DNA of 11,141 nucleotides from a virus (Duplodnaviria; Heunggongvirae; Uroviricota; Caudoviricetes): IMG/VR virus record IMGVR_UViG_2778261591_000002, positions 1 to 11,141 of that record; one strand, 5' to 3'. Shown piece by piece: positions 1 to 5,802 of this stretch (position 1 is its first letter; each line of letters starts with the position of its first letter). The notes under the pieces were generated by a model. It saw only the letters and a program-made list of their open reading frames with translations, ran no database searches and was not told where the DNA came from. The position numbers and the translations under genes were made by a program.

Positions 1-327
1 AACCCACCGTACAGCAATATCAGGCCGTGGGTGGAAAAAGCCGCTGAGCAGTGCATACAACAGCGACAGACGGTAGTGATGCTTGTGCCAGAGGATATGT
101 CAGTCGGATGGTTCAGCAAGGCTCTGGAGAGTGTTGACGAAGTTCGCATTATCACTGATGGACGGATTAATTTTATCGAACCATCGACAGGGCTGGAGAA
201 GAAGGGAAACAGCAAAGGTTCCATGCTGCTGATTTGGCGACCGTTCATCAGTCCTCGACGGATGTTTACTACCGTATCCAAAGCGGCATTGATGGCGATC
301 GGGCAGGGCGTCAGAAGGGCGGCATGA
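1..327 (+). CDS. dam: Phage Dam-type DNA N6-adenine methyltransferase, 3' portion (5' end lies outside the window)
   Basis: Frame 1 is open from base 1 and translates [17 protein letters not shown]..., i.e. the NPPY catalytic motif (motif IV) of N6-adenine MTases sits at the window edge. The rest ([11 protein letters not shown]...[10 protein letters not shown]...MLLIWRP) resembles phage Dam proteins as I recall them. Stop TGA at 325-327. Confidence 0.7.
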   Translation, partial: NPPYSNIRPWVEKAAEQCIQQRQTVVMLVPEDMSVGWFSKALESVDEVRIITDGRINFIEPSTGLEKKGNSKGSMLLIWRPFISPRRMFTTVSKAALMAIGQGVRRAA

Positions 328-473
328 GGCGACAGCAAAGAAGCATCACCGACATCATCTGCGAAAACTGCAAATACCTTCCAACGAAACGCTCCAGAAA
401 TTTAGTTTTGAGCAGAATACCATGATGTCAGTGCAAGGGGGAGAAAGTCTCCTCATTATCTGATTCGCAATTT

Positions 474-533
474 ACGTGCATATTTAAATATTGCACGTTA
501 CAACGTGCATGTGTATGATTGACTTATCAATCA
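474..533. promoter_or_regulatory. Operator-like dyad-symmetry array overlapping a putative sigma70 promoter for the downstream 335-aa gene
   Basis: Half-site TGCACGT occurs three times in alternating orientation: ACGTGCA 474-480, TGCACGT 492-498, ACGTGCA 503-509. It forms a perfect 18-bp palindrome TGCACGTT-AC-AACGTGCA (492-509) and a larger near-palindrome 474-498 around TATTTAAATA. A second, unrelated palindrome TGATTGA-CTTA-TCAATCA lies at 516-533. Possible -35 TTGCAC (491-496) and -10 TATGAT (514-519) with 17-bp spacer; promoter assignment is weak. Confidence 0.4.
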
Positions 534-550
534 CAACACGAGATATGCTC

Positions 551-1558
551 ATGAAAAATGATGATGTTAGTGGGAAGGCCAAAGGCGGTAAGGCACGCGC
601 GGCAAAAATGACAGCAGAGCAAAGAAAAGAATCCTCAAGAAAGGCTGTTGCCGCAAAAAAAGAAAAAGCTTTATTGCCCGTATCTGCGAATGAGGGAAAG
701 TTAAAGATCGGTGATGCGGAATTAGATGTCGCGGTTCTCGAAAATGGACGGCGTATCATATCACAAGCTTCTGTTTTTAAAGCATTTGGCCGACCACAAA
801 GAGGGGGTAGAGCACCTCAAGAAGAGGGGGTGATCAATATGCCCGCTTTTATGGATGCTGCAAACCTTAAAAAATATATAAATCAAGATGTTATGGATGT
901 GATCAATAAGGTCAAATACAAGACGATTACTGGCTCCGTCCAGGAAGGTTATGACGCATCCATAATACCTCTTGTCTGCGATGTTTATTTAAAGGCAAGA
1001 GAGGCAGGCGCTATCACCAGGCCAAACCAGTTAGAGACAGCCAAGAAAGCTGAAATTCTGGTGCGCTCATTAGCTAAAGTCGGAATAATAGCGCTTGTTG
1101 ATGAAGCGACGGGGTACCAGCGAGATAGAGAAAAAGATGCGCTCGCCAAAATACTCGAGGCCTTTGTCGCAAAGGAAATTCAACCTTATATTACAACATT
1201 TCCTGCTGATTATTATGAAGAGCTTTTCAGGTTAAGGGGCTTAGAATACCCGCCGGAAAATCCCCGCTTCCGGCCTCAGTATTTTGGCGTTTTGACAAAT
1301 GATATCGTCTACAAGAGATTGGCACCAAACATCCTTGAGGAGCTTAAAAAGCAGAACGTAAAGGCCTCAAAAGGTACAAAGTTGTTTCAGGGGCTGACGC
1401 CAAATATTGGATATCAAAAATTAAGAGAGCATCTGTCATCAACCGTTACGATTATGAAGCTATCTAACGACTATTCAGATTTTATTGCAAAAATGAATCG
1501 CCTGCATCCAAGGTTTGAGGATGTGAAAACAGACGAACTGGATGATTCAGACAAGTAA
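551..1558 (+). CDS. Hypothetical phage accessory protein (335 aa from ATG 551) with Lys/Arg/Ala-rich N-terminal tail; possibly P63C-like C-terminal domain; function unknown
   Basis: Long ORF in the track (491..1558). The first ATGs (491, 509) lie inside the operator palindrome, so I prefer ATG 551 (weak GAGA 7 nt upstream) or 545. N-terminus KAKGGKARAAKMTAEQRKESSRKAVAAKKEK is a basic, nucleic-acid-binding-like tail. The body is visibly more A+T-rich than flanking genes. Followed by two intrinsic terminators. The P63C assignment is from memory only and is tentative. Confidence 0.6.
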   Translation: MKNDDVSGKAKGGKARAAKMTAEQRKESSRKAVAAKKEKALLPVSANEGKLKIGDAELDVAVLENGRRIISQASVFKAFGRPQRGGRAPQEEGVINMPAFMDAANLKKYINQDVMDVINKVKYKTITGSVQEGYDASIIPLVCDVYLKAREAGAITRPNQLETAKKAEILVRSLAKVGIIALVDEATGYQRDREKDALAKILEAFVAKEIQPYITTFPADYYEELFRLRGLEYPPENPRFRPQYFGVLTNDIVYKRLAPNILEELKKQNVKASKGTKLFQGLTPNIGYQKLREHLSSTVTIMKLSNDYSDFIAKMNRLHPRFEDVKTDELDDSDK

Positions 1559-1563
1559 CAGTA

Positions 1564-1587
1564 ACCCACCTTCAGGTGGTTTTTTTG
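1564..1587 (+). terminator. Rho-independent terminator (first of a tandem pair)
   Basis: GC stem CCACC/GGTGG (1566-1570 with 1575-1579), TTCA tetraloop, then a 7-T run (1580-1586), immediately after the stop codon at 1556-1558. Confidence 0.65.
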
Positions 1588-1652
1588 TACAAATCCTTCA
1601 GAGTAAGTTTACCTCCTTCACTGCATTACTACTGACCATTGACAACTTAACA

Positions 1653-1676
1653 AACCCAGCTTCGGCTGGGTTTTTT
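1653..1676 (+). terminator. Rho-independent terminator (second of a tandem pair)
   Basis: Perfect stem ACCCAGC/GCTGGGT (1653-1659 with 1664-1670), TTCG tetraloop, T run 1670-1675. Confidence 0.65.
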
Positions 1677-1703
1677 ATTGGTGAATTTTCAATATGAGAG
1701 GAC

Positions 1704-2432
1704 ATGACAATGAACGAGCTGATAAATAGCAACGTCATCAAAATGACCAGCATTGAAATCTCTGAGCTTACAGGTAAGCGTCATGACAATGTGAAACGTA
1801 CTATCGAAATGCTGGCTAAAAATGGTGTTATCCGACATCCTCAAATTGAGGATTGTGGAAGAATCAATGGGTTAGGCTTAAATCAAAGTTTTCGTGTGTA
1901 TGTATTCGAAGGCGAACAAGGTAAGCGAGACAGCATTATTGTCGTTGCCCAGTTGTCGCCGGAATTCACCGCTCGTCTTGTTGACCGTTGGCGAGAGCTT
2001 GAAGACGCTGCGGTTAATATCCCCAAAACTCTACCAGAAGCGTTGCGCCTTGCTGCTGATCTTGCTGAGCAGAAAATGCAACTGGAAAACCAGCTCGCAA
2101 TTGCCGCACCTAAAGTTGAGTTTGCCGATCGCGTTGGCGAGGCCAGCGGAATTTTGATTGGAAACTATGCAAAGGTTGTTGGTATTGGTCCAAACAAACT
2201 GTTTGCGTGGATGCGCGAACACAAAATCCTTATTGCTTCAGGTTCCCGGCGCAATGTGCCAATGCAGGAATATATGGATCGCGGCTATTTCACAGTGAAA
2301 GAAACAGCGGTCAATACAAATCACGGAATACAGATATCGTTCACCACAAAAATCACCGGGCGTGGTCAACAGTGGCTGACCAGAAAGCTGCTCGATAACG
2401 GAATGCTGAAAGTAACAGGTGAGGCTGCTTAA
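1704..2432 (+). CDS. Phage antirepressor-like protein: Rha-like N-terminal domain plus KilA-C/ANT-like C-terminal domain
   Basis: N-terminus MTSIEISELTGKRHDNVKRTIEML matches the Rha-family signature as I recall it; the C-terminal half resembles the KilAC antirepressor domain. Alternative start ATG 1710 has better spacing to GAGG (1697-1700). Stop TAA overlaps the next start (TAATG at 2430-2434). Confidence 0.7.
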   Translation: MTMNELINSNVIKMTSIEISELTGKRHDNVKRTIEMLAKNGVIRHPQIEDCGRINGLGLNQSFRVYVFEGEQGKRDSIIVVAQLSPEFTARLVDRWRELEDAAVNIPKTLPEALRLAADLAEQKMQLENQLAIAAPKVEFADRVGEASGILIGNYAKVVGIGPNKLFAWMREHKILIASGSRRNVPMQEYMDRGYFTVKETAVNTNHGIQISFTTKITGRGQQWLTRKLLDNGMLKVTGEAA

Positions 2433-2722
2433 TGGCTAATCTACGCAAAGAAGCACGCGGCAGAGAATGCCAGGTACGTATTTACGGCGTATGCAATGGC
2501 AATCCTGAAACTACAGTTCTGGCACATTACCGGATGGCTGGAATTTGCGGAACGGGAATGAAGCCTGACGACCTGATCGGCGCATGGGCTTGTAGCGCGT
2601 GTCACGATGAGATCGACCGACGCACCCATAACCTCGACAACAAAGACGCCAGACTTTACCACCTCGAAGGCGTAATCAGGACGCAGGCGATACTGCTGAA
2701 GGAGGGGAAGATTAAGTCATGA
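2432..2722 (+). CDS. ybcO: YbcO-like Cys-rich nin-region protein (DUF1364-type, putative Zn-binding nuclease)
   Basis: 96-aa ORF with Cys/His pattern C-x7-C ... C-x2-C-H (RECQVRIYGVCNGNPET...GAWACSACHDEIDRR), same length and position (just upstream of rusA) as DLP12 YbcO. Stop overlaps the rusA start (ATGA at 2719-2722). Confidence 0.7.
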   Translation: MANLRKEARGRECQVRIYGVCNGNPETTVLAHYRMAGICGTGMKPDDLIGAWACSACHDEIDRRTHNLDNKDARLYHLEGVIRTQAILLKEGKIKS

Positions 2723-3081
2723 ACGAATATCAGTTTGTGCTTCCATACCCGCCGTCGGTGAATACCTACTGGCGAAGACGGGGAAGCCAATACTACATCA
2801 GCGATAAAGGCCAGAAATACCGAAAAGACGTTCAGCAAATAATCCGCCAACTCAAGTTAGACATTTTCACCAAATCACGACTCCGCATCAAAGTCATCGC
2901 AGACGTTCCAGACTCCCGCCGCCGCGACCTCGATAACATCCTGAAAGGTTTACTCGACTCCCTTATCCACGCCGGATTTGCGGAAGACGACGAGCAATTC
3001 GATGACATTCGCGTAATTCGTGGCGTGAAAGTACCAGGCGGAAGGCTTGGAATAAAAATCACCGAACTGGAGAACGCATGA
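2719..3081 (+). CDS. rusA: RusA-type Holliday junction resolvase
   Basis: 120-aa ORF with MNEYQFVLPYPPSVNTYWRRRG N-terminus and acidic clusters (RRRDLDN, EDDEQFDD) consistent with the RusA family. ATGA overlap with the downstream gene at 3078-3081. Confidence 0.85.
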   Translation: MNEYQFVLPYPPSVNTYWRRRGSQYYISDKGQKYRKDVQQIIRQLKLDIFTKSRLRIKVIADVPDSRRRDLDNILKGLLDSLIHAGFAEDDEQFDDIRVIRGVKVPGGRLGIKITELENA

Positions 3082-3266
3082 ACGCCACAATTCAAACGAT
3101 ACCAGAGCTTCTTATCCAGACACGAGGCAATCAGACCGAAGTGGCAAGGATGCTTTCCTGCGCAAGAGGAACAGTGCTCAAGTACAACCGAGACAGCAAA
3201 GGCGAGCGTCACGTAATAGTTAACGGCGTCCTGATGGTCAAACAGGGCAAGAGGGGAAGACGATGA
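3078..3266 (+). CDS. ninH: NinH-like small DNA-binding protein
   Basis: 62-aa ORF; TIPELLIQTRGNQTEVARMLSCARGTVLKY...HVIVNGVLMV aligns by eye with lambda NinH (TIPDMLVEAYGNQTEVARRLKCSRGTVRKY...HAIVNDVLMV). Stop overlaps the Q start (ATGA at 3263-3266). Confidence 0.7.
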   Translation: MNATIQTIPELLIQTRGNQTEVARMLSCARGTVLKYNRDSKGERHVIVNGVLMVKQGKRGRR

Positions 3267-3781
3267 GCATAAGAGAACTAAACCTCACCAAAGAACAGCA
3301 CGATTGGCTGAATGGCTGGCTTGAACTGTGGGGCGCATGGGTTTATTCAGGCCGCCTGGAAAAGCGCATGAGCAGCGTAATAGCGAAGTTCATGGAGAGC
3401 GTAGAGCCGGGAAGAGTTATGACAAGGCCAATGTGTAATGATGATGATGGAATGTTGATTTCTCAGGTCGTCGATTCCGTCATGTACATTGACAAGAAAG
3501 CTTTTGGCATCCTCCTCAGCTACTACGCTCATGGTTCATCTAAGCGAGCAATTGCATCCTACTATCACGCGACTGCAAAGCCACGCAAGATGTGTGGACG
3601 TGGTGGCGAGGGATGGAGAAAACCTTCACTGGCAACCTGTAGAAACGAAATTGACGACATCCTGAAAGCGTCATTATTTGTTTTATACCAACCAATGCAA
3701 AATGCTTTCAAAATGCGTAAACGTGTTGAGAAAGTTAAGCATGTTGCTGTTAAAAGTCTTGACATGCAATTAGCCATTTAG
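3263..3781 (+). CDS. Q: Late-gene antitermination protein Q (non-lambda Q family, QuuD/Q82-like)
   Basis: 172-aa ORF at the canonical Q position (after rusA/ninH, before the late promoter and lysis genes); WLELWGAWV and CNDDDGML motifs resemble the phage antiterminator Q family. Its 3' end carries the -35 of the downstream promoter. Confidence 0.7.
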   Translation: MSIRELNLTKEQHDWLNGWLELWGAWVYSGRLEKRMSSVIAKFMESVEPGRVMTRPMCNDDDGMLISQVVDSVMYIDKKAFGILLSYYAHGSSKRAIASYYHATAKPRKMCGRGGEGWRKPSLATCRNEIDDILKASLFVLYQPMQNAFKMRKRVEKVKHVAVKSLDMQLAI

Positions 3782-3788
3782 CCATAAT
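3759..3788 (+). promoter_or_regulatory. pR'-like late promoter with candidate Q-binding direct repeat
   Basis: Consensus -35 TTGACA (3759-3764), 18-bp spacer, -10 CATAAT (3783-3788). The spacer/-10 region holds a tandem direct repeat TAGCCAT (3771-3777 and 3779-3785). Confidence 0.5.
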
Positions 3789-3798
3789 TAGAAGGTAA

Positions 3799-3840
3799 GC
3801 TGCCGTTAGTAACTCTTAAGTTGCAACGGTGGCTTTTTTT
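3799..3840 (+). terminator. tR'-like intrinsic terminator ending a short late leader RNA
   Basis: Interrupted stem-loop (GCTGCCGTT 3799-3807 pairing with AACGGTGGC 3825-3833, inner stem AACT/AAGTT) followed by a 7-T run (3834-3840), about 10 nt downstream of the predicted -10. Confidence 0.55.
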
Positions 3841-3844
3841 ATTT

Positions 3845-3919
3845 GGGTCAGTCGTATAAAGGTCATTACGGAAGGCTGTTAACCTTCTTATCGTGGTTCG
3901 AGTCCACGCTGTCCCGCCA
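3845..3919 (+). tRNA. tRNA-Asn (anticodon GUU), CCA encoded
   Basis: Manual cloverleaf: acceptor GGGTCAG/CTGTCCC (one T-T mismatch), D-arm with GG loop, perfect anticodon stem GAAGG/CCTTC, loop CTGTTAA (anticodon GTT 3878-3880), T-arm CGTGG-TTCGAGT-CCACG, discriminator G, CCA 3917-3919. The T-loop TTCGAGT matches E. coli tRNA-Asn. Two stem mismatches lower confidence. Confidence 0.6.
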
Positions 3920-3924
3920 AATAT

Positions 3925-4000
3925 GCTGGTTTAGCTCCAATGGTAGAGCAGTCGCCTTGTAAGCGAATGGATAGCGGTTCAAGTCCGTTAACCAGCACCA
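3925..4000 (+). tRNA. tRNA-Thr (anticodon UGU), CCA encoded
   Basis: Manual cloverleaf: perfect acceptor GCTGGTT/AACCAGC, D-arm GCTC-CAATGGTA-GAGC, anticodon stem 4 bp plus a G-A at 27:43, loop CTTGTAA (anticodon TGT 3958-3960), T-arm AGCGG-TTCAAGT-CCGTT, discriminator A, CCA 3998-4000. Confidence 0.7.
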
Positions 4001-4242
4001 TAACTGAGCCGTAGCCACTGACTATCCTGAATTCATCAGTGATAGTTACGCTGCGGCCTTCTACACATGACCTTCGTGAAAGCGGGTGACAAGAGGTTGC
4101 GCTAACAACCTCCTGCCGTTTTGCCCGTGCATATCGGTCACGAACAAATCTGATTACTAAACACAGTAGCCTGGATTTGTTCTATCAGTAATCGACCTTA
4201 TTCCTAATTAAATAGAGCAAATCCCCTTATTGGGGGTAAGAC

Positions 4243-4566
4243 ATGAAGATGCCAGAAAAACATGACCTGTTAGCCGCCATTCTCGCGGCAAAGGAACAAG
4301 GCATCGGGGCAATCCTTGCGTTTGCAATGGCGTACCTTCGCGGCAGATATAATGGCGGTGCGTTTACAAAAACAGTAATCGACGCAACGATGTGCGCCAT
4401 TATCGCCTGGTTCATTCGTGACCTTCTCGACTTCGCCGGACTAAGTAGCAATCTCGCTTATATAACGAGCGTGTTTATCGGCTACATCGGTACTGACTCG
4501 ATTGGTTCGCTTATCAAACGCTTCGCTGCTAAAAAAGCCGGAGTAGAAGATGGTGGAAATCAATAA
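4243..4566 (+). CDS. S: Class I holin, lambda S-type (dual-start S107 antiholin / S105 holin)
   Basis: 107-aa ORF beginning [43 protein letters not shown]..., near-identical to lambda S as I recall it, including the Met1-Lys2-Met3 dual-start motif. Three predicted TM segments. The upstream sequence (AAATAGAGCAAATCCCCTTATTGGGGGTAAGACATGAAGATG) matches the lambda S leader. Confidence 0.92.
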   Translation: MKMPEKHDLLAAILAAKEQGIGAILAFAMAYLRGRYNGGAFTKTVIDATMCAIIAWFIRDLLDFAGLSSNLAYITSVFIGYIGTDSIGSLIKRFAAKKAGVEDGGNQ

Positions 4567-5026
4567 TCAACGTAAGGCGTTCCTCGATATGCTGGCGTGG
4601 TCAGAGGGAACAGATAACGGACGACAGAAAACCAGAAATCATGGTTATGACGTCATTGTAGGCGGAGAGCTATTCACTGATTACTCCGATCACCCTCGCA
4701 AACTTGTCACGCTAAACCCCAAACTCAAATCAACAGCAGCCGGACGTTACCAGCTTCTTTCCCGTTGGTGGGATGCCTATCGTAAGCAGCTTGGACTGAA
4801 AGACTTCTCTCCGAAAAGCCAGGACGCTGTGGCACTGCAACAGATTAAAGAGCGTGGCGCTTTACCGATGATTGATCGCGGTGATATTCGTCAGGCTATC
4901 GACCGTTGCAGCAATATCTGGGCTTCACTGCCGGGCGCTGGTTATGGTCAGTTCGAGCATAAGGCTGACAGCCTGATTGCAAAATTCAAAGAAGCAGGCG
5001 GAACGGTCAGAGAGATTGAGGTATGA
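4550..5026 (+). CDS. R: Endolysin, lambda R-type lytic transglycosylase
   Basis: 158-aa [52 protein letters not shown]..., essentially lambda R. Start lies inside the 3' end of S (17-nt overlap) as in lambda. Confidence 0.92.
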   Translation: MVEINNQRKAFLDMLAWSEGTDNGRQKTRNHGYDVIVGGELFTDYSDHPRKLVTLNPKLKSTAAGRYQLLSRWWDAYRKQLGLKDFSPKSQDAVALQQIKERGALPMIDRGDIRQAIDRCSNIWASLPGAGYGQFEHKADSLIAKFKEAGGTVREIEV

Positions 5027-5460
5027 GCAGAGTAACCGCGATTATTTCCGCTCTGGTTATCTGCATCATCGTCTGCCTGTCATGGGCTGTTAATCATTAC
5101 CGTGATAACGCCATTACCTACAAAGCCCAGCGCGACAAAGCCGCATCCACTATCGCTGACATGCAGAAGCGTCAACGTGATGTAGCAGAACTCGACGCCA
5201 GATACACAAAGGAGCTTGCTGATGCTAACGCGACTATCGAAAGTCTCCGTGCTGATGTTTCTGCTGGTCGTAAGCGCCTGCAAGTCGCCGCCACCTGTGC
5301 AAAGTCAACGACCGGAGCCAGCAGCATGGGCGATGGAGAAAGCCCAAGACTTACAGCAGATGCTGAACTCAATTATTACCGTCTCCGAAGTGGAATCGAC
5401 AAGATAACCGCGCAGGTTAACTACCTGCAGGAATACATCAGGACGCAATGCCTTCGATGA
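5023..5460 (+). CDS. Rz: Rz i-spanin (inner-membrane spanin subunit)
   Basis: 145-aa ORF with N-terminal TM segment [39 protein letters not shown] identical to the lambda Rz N-terminus, then a coiled-coil periplasmic domain. ATGA overlap with the R stop at 5023-5026. Confidence 0.88.
   Translation: MSRVTAIISALVICIIVCLSWAVNHYRDNAITYKAQRDKAASTIADMQKRQRDVAELDARYTKELADANATIESLRADVSAGRKRLQVAATCAKSTTGASSMGDGESPRLTADAELNYYRLRSGIDKITAQVNYLQEYIRTQCLR
5222..5407 (+). CDS. Rz1: Rz1 o-spanin lipoprotein, embedded in the +1 frame of Rz
   Basis: ORF wholly inside Rz in another frame. Strong SD AAGGAG (5209-5214) 7 nt before ATG 5222 (the track's 5216 start is a TTG). Signal peptide with lipobox VVSAC, then a Pro-rich mature region ([12 protein letters not shown]), as in lambda Rz1. 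Confidence 0.78.
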   Translation: MLTRLSKVSVLMFLLVVSACKSPPPVQSQRPEPAAWAMEKAQDLQQMLNSIITVSEVESTR

Positions 5461-5635
5461 TAGCGATAATTTTACTCATCATCCTTCACATCTGGCTCTG
5501 TAGACAGGGTGGTGATCACTTCTGGAGTGAATCCAGATTAAACATCTCATTGCTGATGCTTGAAGTTGAGCATCTGGCGCGCGGTAAGGGGCTGCGTTGA
5601 GATAAGAGCCAGTTCATTACAAATACCAGGATTTA

Positions 5636-5659
5636 GCCTCGCATTCGCGGGGCTTTTTA
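5636..5659 (+). terminator. Intrinsic terminator-like hairpin downstream of the lysis cassette
   Basis: Stem GCCTCGC/GCGGGGC (5636-5642 with 5647-5653, one G-U), ATTC loop, TTTTT (5654-5658). Confidence 0.5.
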
Positions 5660-5802
5660 TATCTGAATTTCACAGCGCATCTCACGCGCATATTAACGAG
5701 AGCCTTTCAGTAAGCGAGCCTGAGAAATGCCGTTATAGGTGGCGACCTCTCTCGGGCGGCTTTTCTGTGAGACAGGCTCACTTTCTAAAAGGTAAAGACG
5801 CT

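Noticed and set aside
234-425. 63-aa ORF overlapping the 3' end of dam in another frame
   Set aside because: Overlaps a well-supported CDS out of frame, has no RBS and no recognisable features. Likely spurious.
491-550. Upstream ATG starts (491, 509, 545) for the 355-aa track ORF
   Set aside because: ATG 491 and 509 lie inside the operator palindromes and the putative -35/-10, so translation from there would require a transcript starting further upstream with no RBS. ATG 551 (or 545) is more plausible. The start remains uncertain.
484-759. 91-aa reverse-strand ORF across the regulatory region and start of the 335-aa gene
   Set aside because: Antisense to a strong forward ORF and running through the operator array, with no RBS. 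Likely an artefact.
1894-3212. Alternate-frame and antisense ORFs within the antirepressor-to-ninH genes (1894..2157, 2031..2222, 2207..2398, 2441..2662, 2656..2850, 2832..3212)
   Set aside because: Each overlaps a better-supported, translationally coupled forward gene. No RBS or family features.
4001-4242. A third tRNA or a toxin/virulence gene downstream of the two tRNAs
   Set aside because: I could not fold any further cloverleaf and there is no ORF. The interval is 240 bp of leader joining directly to the lambda-type S upstream sequence.
5560-5802. N-terminal 81-codon extension of the Rha ORF (track ORF 5560..6321, 253 aa)
   Set aside because: The extension spans a terminator-like hairpin and several dyads, has no recognisable RBS, and the Rha domain begins right after ATG 5803. 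Treated as untranslated leader.
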